This document shows, one piece after another, positions 9,463 through 17,740 of a stretch of 64,000 bases of DNA. Origin of the DNA: Candidatus Wolfebacteria bacterium GW2011_GWE2_44_13 (lineage in GTDB: Bacteria; Patescibacteriota; Minisyncoccia; UBA6257; UBA9933). A program made the translations under genes and the position numbers. Below the pieces are notes generated by a model. The model saw only the letters and a program-made list of their open reading frames with translations. It had not been told where the DNA came from and made no database searches. Position 1 is the first letter of the stretch. Each line of letters starts with the position of its first letter. The DNA is taken from positions 424,875 to 488,874 of the forward strand of contig LCHW01000001.1 in assembly GCA_001000675.1 (NCBI GenBank). Direction: 5' to 3'.

Positions 9463-10377
9463 ATGGCTGCTATTCAAAAGGATTTTAATTTTTTTAAAAA
9501 GCGTAGAAAGCAGGCTGTATATGTAAGGCCAAAGGTTATTTTAGTTGATGTCGATGGGACTGTAATCAAGCCACGTATTAAAATGTACTCGATGTCAGAG
9601 GAAAAACTTGGCAAACAAGCAGTCGCAAAAATAGAAAAAGATCGCATTAAGCCACTGCGGCAGCAGATGATTAAGCGACAGATTAGTTTTGAGGAGTATC
9701 TCCTTGGATTATCAAAAATCGATATCGAGCTGGGTGAATATTATCAGGATTATAAGCAATTCTTTTTTGATTTAGTGAAGCAGGGGATGCTTAACGAACC
9801 GCTTATACGCGCATTAGGGATACTTAAGAAAAAACATAACATGAAGGTTATTTTTCTTACGTCAAATCTGCGAATTTATGGGGAGATCATTAGTGACTAT
9901 GCGCTTCAATTATTAGGTGAAAAAGGCACGTTTGATGGCGCAGTTGGTGCGGAATATTTATTTGATAAAAAAGGCAAGGCAGTTGGTGTAAAAAGTCTTA
10001 TTAGCCATGATGATGCGAAATTAGGTGCGGTGTCTTTTATGACTAAAGAAACTGCGATCAAAAAATTTTTTAAAGTAAATAAGGTTACGGTTCGCGATGA
10101 AGAGATTGCCGTCGTGAGTGATGCCGATACGGCCTTGATGAAACTCTACGGACTTGGTGGTCTTGTGCTGTATCCACTAAGTGAATTATCAAGTCAGTTT
10201 AAAGAGATTGAGTATATCCGTAATGCGCGTGAGGGGTTGTTTGATTTTTGCGTGGATTATGCAAAAGGAAAAGACTTAGATATTGCACAAAAAAAGTGGG
10301 AGCTAGTACTAAGTGACCCCTCGATATTACGAATGTCTAACAGCGAAATAAAAACATATTTAAAAAATAATGACTAA
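9463..10377 (+). CDS. HAD superfamily hydrolase (SerB/phosphatase-like)
   Basis: ILVDVDGTV motif I, FLTSN motif II, conserved K, VSDADTA motif IV-like. Confidence 0.7.
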   Translation: MAAIQKDFNFFKKRRKQAVYVRPKVILVDVDGTVIKPRIKMYSMSEEKLGKQAVAKIEKDRIKPLRQQMIKRQISFEEYLLGLSKIDIELGEYYQDYKQFFFDLVKQGMLNEPLIRALGILKKKHNMKVIFLTSNLRIYGEIISDYALQLLGEKGTFDGAVGAEYLFDKKGKAVGVKSLISHDDAKLGAVSFMTKETAIKKFFKVNKVTVRDEEIAVVSDADTALMKLYGLGGLVLYPLSELSSQFKEIEYIRNAREGLFDFCVDYAKGKDLDIAQKKWELVLSDPSILRMSNSEIKTYLKNND

Positions 10378-10915
10378 GAAAAACAATATACTCGTTGCAC
10401 TCCATGGCCCTGCGGGCATAGGAAAAACAGCTGTCGCAGGAAAATTGTGTAAAAAGCTACCGGGCAAGACTGCGCGTATTTCGATCGACGTACTTCGTGA
10501 TATGACTTGTATGAGGTACACAAGCGGTCGCCAAAGCGATGAATATATCACTTTGTCCAAGAAACTTGCTCCTGGGCTAATACAGGACCTTTTTTCCAAT
10601 GGGTTTAATGTTGTTGTGGAGATAGCTCCGCCTACAGCAGCAGATAAGGGGAAAACTGATACGTGGCTTGTTAGTGAACTGTGGCGCTTAGGAGGAAGTG
10701 TTTTTTTACTTGATGCGCCGTTGGCTATGGTGTTACAGCGAAATAAAAAACGTACCGGTGAATTTGGCCAAGGAAATTTAACCAAAAAGTTAACTGAACA
10801 ATTATATCGATATTGTGAAAAATATTTAAATAGAAACGATTACATCGTTATTGAGACAACAAAGATTGGAGCGGATAAAGTAACATCGCTTATTATTGAG
10901 AAATTAGGGTTCTAA
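10370..10915 (+). CDS. P-loop small-molecule/nucleotide kinase-like protein
   Basis: HGPAGIGKT Walker A, ISIDVLR, LQRNKKR lid motif; overlaps the HAD gene stop. Confidence 0.78.
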   Translation: MTKKNNILVALHGPAGIGKTAVAGKLCKKLPGKTARISIDVLRDMTCMRYTSGRQSDEYITLSKKLAPGLIQDLFSNGFNVVVEIAPPTAADKGKTDTWLVSELWRLGGSVFLLDAPLAMVLQRNKKRTGEFGQGNLTKKLTEQLYRYCEKYLNRNDYIVIETTKIGADKVTSLIIEKLGF

Positions 10916-11110
10916 GGAATAAAAATAGTATATGGGATATACGGTAGAACCGTAGTGTTTAAAAGAGCTCATATTATCCGTCGTAAAACCTACATTTTGC
11001 GACAGATGAATAATGAGCATTTATCTATCCTCTCGAATTAAGCTGTATCTTTTACGCGAGTATCATATTTAATTAATTTACATAGTGCTCACCTAGTAAT
11101 AATCTTAGGT

Positions 11111-11140
11111 AAAAAATTCCCACCGGTTGGTGGGTTTTTG
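11111..11140. terminator. Bidirectional terminator between convergent genes
   Basis: aaaaaattcccacc-ggtt-ggtgggttttt. Confidence 0.6.
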
Positions 11141-11170
11141 TTTGTTGTTTGTACTATGGCGGCGTAGGTT

Positions 11171-11593
11171 TTACGCCGCCATAGCGAGTTCCTTCAGGCG
11201 CTTTAAATATGGGCGCCTGTGGGTCGACAAAAAGTCGTTCCGCTCAAGGACCTCTTGGGGGTCAAGGATCATGACCTCCTCCCCTTTGTTCCTTTGCGGG
11301 TGAATACCGGCGATGGAATCCACCGTAACCCGAAAGAACACGAGGTCGTGGTTCCACTTATGGACCACAGCGATCTCCTCAAGCTTCGAAGGGTCGACTC
11401 GTATCCCGATCTCCTCAAAGACTTCCCGTTCGGCACACTTTTTTCGGGTTTCGCCCTCCTCTACGTGTCCTCCAGGGAACTTACAGAGAATGGGATTCGG
11501 TTTCGATTTATCCCGAATTACCACAATCCCATAGCATCCGCCACGGGGATTGTTTACTTCAACAAACACTACTGTCGCTGCTGGTCTTTCCAT
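11171..11593 (-). CDS. NUDIX hydrolase
   Basis: Nudix box GGHVEEGETRKKCAEREVFEEIG; AAAGGAGG upstream. Confidence 0.88.
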   Translation of the reverse strand: MERPAATVVFVEVNNPRGGCYGIVVIRDKSKPNPILCKFPGGHVEEGETRKKCAEREVFEEIGIRVDPSKLEEIAVVHKWNHDLVFFRVTVDSIAGIHPQRNKGEEVMILDPQEVLERNDFLSTHRRPYLKRLKELAMAA

Positions 11594-11669
11594 CCTCTTT
11601 CGCCTCCTTTCGGCCTATTTCGAATAAATGCGCTGTCTTAAATAAAACATTATTATCTAGATTAGTCAA

Positions 11670-11712
11670 GGGCCACGGCCCTCGGCGTAGTCGGAGGGTT
11701 TCCGCTGGCTCC
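11670..11712. repeat. Bulged GC-rich hairpin (REP-like)
   Basis: gggcca-cgg-ccctc-ggc-gta-gtc-g-gaggg-ttt-ccg-c-tggctcc folds into one stem with bulges, between divergent genes. Confidence 0.45.
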
Positions 11713-11748
11713 TAGGTTTGGTATACTAGGGCATACAAATTTTATTTT

Positions 11749-12507
11749 ATGTACTACAAAACCGGCGATGAATTTAAAGAAGTTTCTGGATACGACCTTG
11801 AACGTGGTTGGTATCCCCGTGTGACAAAAATATTGGAAATTAAAGCAAAGCCAGCACTCTATAAATTTTATGGCGAGCTGACGAGCTTTGACGAAGGTGA
11901 GCAGATTAAAGAAAAGTCTGCTTCAGAAGGAACGCTTATTCATGAGGCTGCTGAGCAAATATTTGCCGGTGTCTCCCCTATCGTTGACCCTGCGATACAA
12001 CCGTCGATCGATGCGTTTAATCAATTTTTGCAAGACACAAATATTCAAGTCGATAAAGAGTATATTGAGAAGCGTGTTGTTAATCACACTGAACGATACA
12101 CGGGAACATTGGATGCATTAGCGCTTATTGATGGTAAGTTTGGCGTTTTGGATATTAAAACGTCGCAATCAATATATCGCGACTATAATTTGCAAACCGC
12201 TGCGTACATGGGCGCGCTTGATAAAGAGTTCAAGAATTTACAGACACGTTGGATATTGCGTATTGATCAAGCAAAAGAATGTATCAAGTGTGGTGCTTCG
12301 TTGCGGCAAAAAGGTGGACGCGATAAAGTGCGCGCTGGATTTGGTAAGGGAGATCCAAACTGCGACCACGAGTGGTCTGACATGAAAGGCATCGTTGAGC
12401 TAAAAGAATTTCCCTATTGGCAGAATGATTACAAAGCATTTCTTGCGGCAAAGAAACTATGGGAATGGGAAAATGAATATTGGTTAAAACAAATCGGATA
12501 TTTGTGA
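11749..12507 (+). CDS. PD-(D/E)XK nuclease (phage exonuclease/Cas4/MGME1-like) with putative Zn-binding insert
   Basis: YPRVTKIL, GTLIH, GTLDAL, LDIKTS, LQTAAY motifs; CIKC...CDH. Confidence 0.8.
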   Translation: MYYKTGDEFKEVSGYDLERGWYPRVTKILEIKAKPALYKFYGELTSFDEGEQIKEKSASEGTLIHEAAEQIFAGVSPIVDPAIQPSIDAFNQFLQDTNIQVDKEYIEKRVVNHTERYTGTLDALALIDGKFGVLDIKTSQSIYRDYNLQTAAYMGALDKEFKNLQTRWILRIDQAKECIKCGASLRQKGGRDKVRAGFGKGDPNCDHEWSDMKGIVELKEFPYWQNDYKAFLAAKKLWEWENEYWLKQIGYL

Positions 12508-12514
12508 GATGAAA

Positions 12515-12541
12515 AAAAAGGGAGCCACTAGGGCTCCCGTT
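12515..12541 (-). terminator. Terminator hairpin, identical to 13615-13641
   Basis: aaaaagggagccactagggctcccgtt, 27-nt exact direct repeat 1100 bp apart. Confidence 0.8.
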
Positions 12542-12562
12542 GTAGTTACACAGACATTGCGT

Positions 12563-13534
12563 TTAGACGAACAGGCTTCTTTCGAAAAACTGCACAAGAT
12601 TTTCTCCGACGACGGTGTGAGTTTTTTCGCCGGCGATATCACGAATACTATTCGCGATGTGCTCGAGCTTGTTCGGTCCGAGAAAGATCTCTGGGTGTTC
12701 CGGATACCGCGCACCCCATGTTCCCTGGGGGTCGATCTTCGTGCGCATCATTTCAAACTGCGCACGTGCTTGCTCCTCGTCCACGTTCGAGTATGTCCCG
12801 TCGCTTCCGATAACGACAGACTCGATGCCACACACATTAATTGCATGCCTGATGTGTGCTCGGAAATGATTAATGTCCTCGTTTCCGTTCCCGAGAATAA
12901 ATTCGAGTGTTGGGATGCCGATTACACCGCCACGTTCTGCAATCTCGCGCAATACCTGGTCGGGTAAATTGCGGAAATGCGGATACACTCCGTAGCACCC
13001 TGTGTGCGATGCCATTACTGGAAGAAACAGCCGAGCTTCGTGGATGAACCTGAGCACCTCCCTTGCCATGCGATGACTTGCATGAGCGAGATCGAGAATC
13101 ATGCCCTTTTCCTGATCCATCGCCCTGAGAACGTCTTTTCCTGCCTGCGTTAGTCCGACATCCAGGTTCATACACCCACTGCCGTACATATTCACGGTGT
13201 CGTACGCCAGTGAGATAACTTGAATGCCAGCGCCTTTAAGGGCAGTAATGTCCACATTGTCCGGAAGGTTTTGAAGCCCCAGGATAATAGCGGTCGAGTT
13301 ATCTTCGCGAGCCATCACGATGTCATCTGTGTGCGTTGCGATTGTAACCAGGCTATCTGCATTTTGGAACAGGGCCACCTTAAATTTCTCGGCCTCCTCC
13401 AGCACCATGCTGGTTGTTGGTGCCCACGGCGGAGCACATGTGACAAGCGCCAAGTCAATTGCCATGTCACTCGTGATTGTCGGGGGTTGTCCGGGCATTC
13501 CGAAAAATGCCATCGCGTCTGCTCTTCTTGCCAT
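12563..13534 (-). CDS. Membrane (renal) dipeptidase family M19-like protein
   Basis: GLTQAGK, ILDLAHAS, ASHT, RNL.D, IGSDG motifs; AAGGAG SD. Confidence 0.8.
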   Translation of the reverse strand: MARRADAMAFFGMPGQPPTITSDMAIDLALVTCAPPWAPTTSMVLEEAEKFKVALFQNADSLVTIATHTDDIVMAREDNSTAIILGLQNLPDNVDITALKGAGIQVISLAYDTVNMYGSGCMNLDVGLTQAGKDVLRAMDQEKGMILDLAHASHRMAREVLRFIHEARLFLPVMASHTGCYGVYPHFRNLPDQVLREIAERGGVIGIPTLEFILGNGNEDINHFRAHIRHAINVCGIESVVIGSDGTYSNVDEEQARAQFEMMRTKIDPQGTWGARYPEHPEIFLGPNKLEHIANSIRDIAGEKTHTVVGENLVQFFERSLFV

Positions 13535-13580
13535 TGTCTTGCTCCTTTTCTCTGTAGTTGTAGGATAGTGAACTGACTAT

Positions 13581-13641
13581 ATTATGAACATATTCTATAT
13601 ATTTGTCAAGGTACAAAAAGGGAGCCACTAGGGCTCCCGTT
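13581..13641 (-). promoter_or_regulatory. Terminator hairpin fused to TTGACA-N17-CATAAT promoter
   Basis: Hairpin 13615-13641, -35 at 13609-13604, -10 at 13586-13581. Confidence 0.75.
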
Positions 13642-13645
13642 TGGG

Positions 13646-14161
13646 TCATGCATCGGCATATCCGGCCCGCACTGCGGCATTGCGCAGACGTAACCCGATA
13701 AACGAATCAGCTGGGATTATTATTGCGTTAAGGAAGACTGCAGATATCTCGTTCACTGCTCGGTCAATGTAGTTCTTGTAGAAGTCCAGGTTGCCGCCGT
13801 TTGGTCTAAATGACTTCACGACATCGGTGAGCGTATTTTCAAAATCAAACGCCCATTCCATCAGTACGTCCTCGACATCCTCTGCGTATTCGATTGAGGG
13901 GGCGCATATAACAAGTATCCGTTGTCCACTAGGCGAATTGTGTAGATATTCCCCTACTGCGCCATCATCAATGATGATGCAAATAGTTCCAAGGGTTTCT
14001 TTTGGACAATCCTCCTCTTCGTAGTTTAAAAAGATGTCGTGACGTTCGATTAGCTCCCCGATGTAGTTTGTCAGCATTTCAACTACCAGATCTTCTTCCT
14101 CCTCATCCGCTCGAAATTCTGCTCGATCCGCGGGAGACATTCCAAGTAGTAGTTCTACCAT
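13646..14161 (-). CDS. Acidic hypothetical protein
   Basis: 171-aa ORF with AAGGAG SD, TTGACA at 14234-14229 and its own terminator; no recognised family. Confidence 0.7.
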   Translation of the reverse strand: MVELLLGMSPADRAEFRADEEEEDLVVEMLTNYIGELIERHDIFLNYEEEDCPKETLGTICIIIDDGAVGEYLHNSPSGQRILVICAPSIEYAEDVEDVLMEWAFDFENTLTDVVKSFRPNGGNLDFYKNYIDRAVNEISAVFLNAIIIPADSFIGLRLRNAAVRAGYADA

Positions 14162-14230
14162 CGGTCACTCTCCTTCCTTAAGATATATAAAGGTAACTAA
14201 CCCTAGTGTGCGCTATAAGGGCTAAGCCTG

Positions 14231-14458
14231 TCAATTGCCCGTGGCAGGAGGGCATTTTTGAATAATGATGGGCGTACGGTGTGCGTTATTGCCGACAATA
14301 TAACCAATTGCGAGGCTTAGAGTAACTGCAAGAAACAAGGCACATGTAAAAAGAAGCTCCTTTTTTCGCTCCGTTCGTGCTTTTCGCATGGTCATTTTGA
14401 GTAAGAAAACACGGTCATGTAGTCGCATAATGGATAAAATATGGCTTAAAATGAACAC
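14231..14458 (-). CDS. Small single-TM hypothetical protein
   Basis: Basic N-terminus, one hydrophobic helix, TPIIIQKC tail; start uncertain. Confidence 0.55.
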   Translation of the reverse strand: MFILSHILSIMRLHDRVFLLKMTMRKARTERKKELLFTCALFLAVTLSLAIGYIVGNNAHRTPIIIQKCPPATGN

Positions 14459-14480
14459 GGTGTCAGGTCGGGGTAGCCCG

Positions 14481-14510
14481 TTGACAGAATAGCTAATTAT
14501 ACTCTATACT
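14481..14510 (+). promoter_or_regulatory. rpmA promoter TTGACA-N18-TATACT
   Basis: Near-consensus hexamers about 75 nt upstream of rpmA. Confidence 0.65.
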
Positions 14511-14585
14511 GAGGTGTAATAAAAAGTAACGTAGATAGCGGTCATACGGCACCACGCTTTATGATCATTTTTTCTCAATAGCGAT

Positions 14586-14879
14586 ATGGCACATACCAAA
14601 GCCAAGGGGTCTACCAAAAATGGCCGAGACTCCCAGGCTCAACGATTAGGAGTAAAGCGACAGCACGGCCAGACTGTCGGCGCCGGTGAGATCTTGATCC
14701 GCCAGCGTGGAACTAAATATTTGCCAGGTCTCAATGTAGCCCGAGCAAAAGATGACAGCCTTTACGCGATGATTCCAGGAACTCTTCAGTTCTTGTCTCG
14801 CTCAAAAGTATGTTTTAACGGCAACCGTCGAGAAGTAAAAGTTTTGACGATTGTTGCAAAGACAGCTGTAGAAGCATAA
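14586..14879 (+). CDS. rpmA: 50S ribosomal protein bL27
   Basis: [35 protein letters not shown]. Confidence 0.97.
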   Translation: MAHTKAKGSTKNGRDSQAQRLGVKRQHGQTVGAGEILIRQRGTKYLPGLNVARAKDDSLYAMIPGTLQFLSRSKVCFNGNRREVKVLTIVAKTAVEA

Positions 14880-14887
14880 CCCTTTAT

Positions 14888-14918
14888 AAAAACCCCTCAG
14901 CCTAGGCTGAGGGGTTTT
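14888..14918 (+). terminator. Palindromic terminator after rpmA
   Basis: aaaacccctcagcctaggctgaggggtttt. Confidence 0.75.
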
Positions 14919-14939
14919 TGTTTCATCAATATTTGTTGT

Positions 14940-15222
14940 GTCATTCCGGCGGATGCGGGAATCCATCTTCATTTTTTAGAACATCTTTTCGTTCCACTTT
15001 TTTTATAAAAAGTAGAGTAAAAAATCGCGAGCGAATAAAAATAGGGGGATGTGTTCTGGAATTTCTAACAAAACTGCGAACTCGCTCTTGCGCACCGCTC
15101 AGACACCGCAGTTTTTGAGGAAATTTCTATCGCACATCTAATCCCCTATTTTCACAGGCTCGCAGATAAGGATTAATAGAAGAAACTCAGGCACCGAGCC
15201 CATCCGGCAAGCTCAGGGTAAA
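14940..15222. repeat. Composite structured repeat family B, copy 1
   Basis: gtcattcc...gggaatcca palindrome, long nested hairpin 15027-15162 with core shared with 55357-55420, and a caagctcagggtaaa motif. Confidence 0.65.
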
Positions 15223-15292
15223 GTTTCTTCCAATATTTTTCCAGCGACCTTTCTCCGAAATATTTCCATGTTCGGAAAAATGCAATTAAAAT

Positions 15293-15928
15293 TCAACGTA
15301 CTTGTGTTGTTGTTAGGATATTAATCGCCTCTTTTATTTTGTCATCAAAATTTTCGTCCATATTCAAAACGGCGAGTTTATATTTCTCCACTCCTTCTTT
15401 GAAGAAATTCCCGTAGGTGCAGATCATGTTCGCAATGCTTCGATATGTTTCTTTACTATGAGTGCGTCCCAATATCCAATCATCGGGAGTTGTGCTCTTC
15501 TCTATCCCCTCAATAAATTTTTCGAGGTCTGATTTTATAAGAAAAATACTTTTTATTTTTCCTGGATATTTTTGGATAAGCTTCGCGGCAAGCTCGGGTT
15601 CGATATGGTATCCTTCGATAATAAAATCATTGCCGTAAACGATCTCGCACTCTGCAAACATTTCTATTGCTTGATAGGAAGTTTTTGCTTGTTGTCGATA
15701 TGCATCGATAATTTCCTTTGCTGAATATTTAGAAAATTTTTCATCGTTAGTGGCGCTTCGCTGGCCTAATGTAGGAAACTTTCCCAATATGTCCTTTTCG
15801 TTGATATAGGGACGGATAATACATTCGAGTGTATCAGTTGAAACCCAAGGAAGCCCTAGTGATTTTGAAAGGGTTTTTGTTAGTGTTGTTTTGCCGCATT
15901 TTGGTGGTCCACCGATAAGATAAATCAT
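15293..15928 (-). CDS. P-loop kinase (2-phosphoglycerate kinase-like)
   Basis: IGGPPKCGKTT, STD, FIIEG motifs. Confidence 0.75.
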   Translation of the reverse strand: MIYLIGGPPKCGKTTLTKTLSKSLGLPWVSTDTLECIIRPYINEKDILGKFPTLGQRSATNDEKFSKYSAKEIIDAYRQQAKTSYQAIEMFAECEIVYGNDFIIEGYHIEPELAAKLIQKYPGKIKSIFLIKSDLEKFIEGIEKSTTPDDWILGRTHSKETYRSIANMICTYGNFFKEGVEKYKLAVLNMDENFDDKIKEAINILTTTQVR

Positions 15929-15965
15929 ACTATTTATTTCTAGACAAAGAATTAATAGGGAGTAC

Positions 15966-16460
15966 TCAAAGACCCCATTCTTTCGAAGTATATTTCGCTT
16001 GCTGTAATAAGAGTTCGATTTGTTTTTGTATTTCTAAAACATCAGCATCCGTTAAGGATTCGACGTTGTCGTAGAATCCAGTTTCGCGATGTGGCGCTTG
16101 AATTGCATCACCCCATTTGTTTATAGGTGCGCTTTTTGCGCGGCCATACAAATGAATATGGAGATACGGACCTTCGGGCTTCAAAACACTCCAATTTCCA
16201 TTATCTTGGTAGTTTATTCTTCCAATATCAATGCCCTGATTATTAAGGCCAATAGTCATCGCTTCACCAACGAGCATTGTTAGGCGCATAAGTTCGATTG
16301 CTAGTTTAGGCGACAATTGTGTGCGATCAACAAGTCTAGTCTTAGGGGATATTCTAATATGCCCACCATCAGTACGTGAAACATGGGGATGATCGACTGC
16401 TTCAACAATAAAATTTTCCGTTTGATATATTTGTGCCATTGTGATATTTTCTACGATCAT
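15966..16460 (-). CDS. HIT-like family protein
   Basis: DGGHI, INYQDNGN, YLHIHLYGR; probable start MAQIYQT at 16439. Confidence 0.75.
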   Translation of the reverse strand: MIVENITMAQIYQTENFIVEAVDHPHVSRTDGGHIRISPKTRLVDRTQLSPKLAIELMRLTMLVGEAMTIGLNNQGIDIGRINYQDNGNWSVLKPEGPYLHIHLYGRAKSAPINKWGDAIQAPHRETGFYDNVESLTDADVLEIQKQIELLLQQAKYTSKEWGL

Positions 16461-16480
16461 CGCAGATGAAATGCGAAATA

Positions 16481-17086
16481 TTATTTATTTAGAATAACCA
16501 ATTCCCTAACCCTTCCTACTGGAGTGGTGTATAATATTTGCTCTGTAGTGCTAAATATTTTTGATAACCTATTTTTCCAGTCATCGTAATAAAATTTGCA
16601 TGGCTCATAGTCATCTTCTTCATTATAGACAGTCCCCTTTGCTGGATTATCGATAAGAATTAGTCCGTTAGTTTTTAACATATCCTTCGCTCTTTTAATT
16701 GTAGTCAATTGTGCCTCTTTTGAGAACTCCCCTATAACTGTCCATGGGAAAATAATTACATCAAAATTATTGCCTTGATAGTTTTCAAATGCAGAGTAGA
16801 TAACCATGTCCTCAACATTCTTTATTCCATTATTCGCTAAATAATTTTTAAAAAAAATGAGGTACGGTTGATGCTGTTCGATTCCTATGTATTTATAAAC
16901 GCTTATTAAATGCTTGCCTATCCTACCGGTCCCACACCCGACTTCTAGAATAGAATTATTGATTTTAAGATATTTTTCGAATTGTAAAAAATCAGCTGGA
17001 CTCTCGCCTCCTAACCCAGCTTGCTCGGCAAAGTAATTTAATTCTTCACAATTTACATTATCGTATACGGACATGTTTATTTCCAA
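16481..17086 (-). CDS. Class I SAM-dependent methyltransferase
   Basis: ILEVGCGTGR, FDVII, LKTNG motifs; AT-rich. Confidence 0.85.
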   Translation of the reverse strand: MEINMSVYDNVNCEELNYFAEQAGLGGESPADFLQFEKYLKINNSILEVGCGTGRIGKHLISVYKYIGIEQHQPYLIFFKNYLANNGIKNVEDMVIYSAFENYQGNNFDVIIFPWTVIGEFSKEAQLTTIKRAKDMLKTNGLILIDNPAKGTVYNEEDDYEPCKFYYDDWKNRLSKIFSTTEQILYTTPVGRVRELVILNK

Positions 17087-17106
17087 AGCATTTTATCTAT
17101 GCAATT

Positions 17107-17565
17107 TTACTGTTCCGGATTAAGCATTACTACTATCTTCGCATCAACGCCGTGGCCGAGGGGGATTGCGACTTCGTTTGCGCCGAGCGTTTTGATTGGC
17201 TTTTCTAGCTCAACTTTCACAACCCCCTTTTCTTTTCCGAGCGGAGATAGCTTTGATTTAATTGCCTCTTCTACTTCGTGTTTTGTTACGGAGCCAAATA
17301 CTTCATTATGCTTGCCAACTTTTGTTGTGAACGTAAAAGGGCTTTCGTTCATTGCTTTTACTGATGCGAGCAACTCTTCTACGAGTCTCTGTTGCTGCTT
17401 TTCCTTGCTTTCCTTTTGTACTTGCAACTCGTGTGTTGCTTGACCTGTCGCAACCTTAACTAATCCTTTTGGGATAAGGAGGTTTTTGGCATGGCCATCG
17501 GAGACGTTTTTCACGTCGCCTTTTTTACCGAGACCTTTTACGTCTGCTAGGAATATTACCTTCAT
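17107..17565 (-). CDS. rplI: 50S ribosomal protein bL9
   Basis: [45 protein letters not shown]. Confidence 0.96.
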   Translation of the reverse strand: MKVIFLADVKGLGKKGDVKNVSDGHAKNLLIPKGLVKVATGQATHELQVQKESKEKQQQRLVEELLASVKAMNESPFTFTTKVGKHNEVFGSVTKHEVEEAIKSKLSPLGKEKGVVKVELEKPIKTLGANEVAIPLGHGVDAKIVVMLNPEQ

Positions 17566-17573
17566 GTTTTTTT

Positions 17574-17718
17574 AAATATTCCTATATTTGTCGAACTGCT
17601 TCGTTGCGGGCCCCTGTTGTCTCGGTCATCGTACAATTAGCACGTTTCCCTCGCCAACTCTCCCCTGCCTACCGGCAGGCAGGCGCGCCTCGCATTTCAT
17701 CCAAATCTAGAAATATTT
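17574..17718. repeat. Structured intergenic element family A, copy 2, with nested cctgcctaccggcaggcagg palindrome (17664-17683)
   Basis: 17-bp terminal IR (2 mismatches) different from copy 1; core homologous to 8767-8858. Confidence 0.7.
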
Positions 17719-17740
17719 TTTAAATTATTCTGGATACTTT

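Noticed and set aside
10917-11110. Possible small gene or remnant after the kinase
   Set aside because: Only short frames without start signals or recognisable motifs.
12509-12967. 152-aa plus-strand ORF and other long antisense ORFs (e.g. 6667-7395, 21514-22119, 41471-42364, 51604-52401)
   Set aside because: Shadow frames opposite better-supported genes, with no motifs or start signals.
11171-14161. Prophage remnant (nuclease, NUDIX, orphans)
   Set aside because: No structural, terminase, integrase or replication genes; the units are interleaved with host-type genes.
14918-15118. ORFs 14918-15118 and 55144-55575
   Set aside because: They are translations of repeat family B; there is no sign of coding function.
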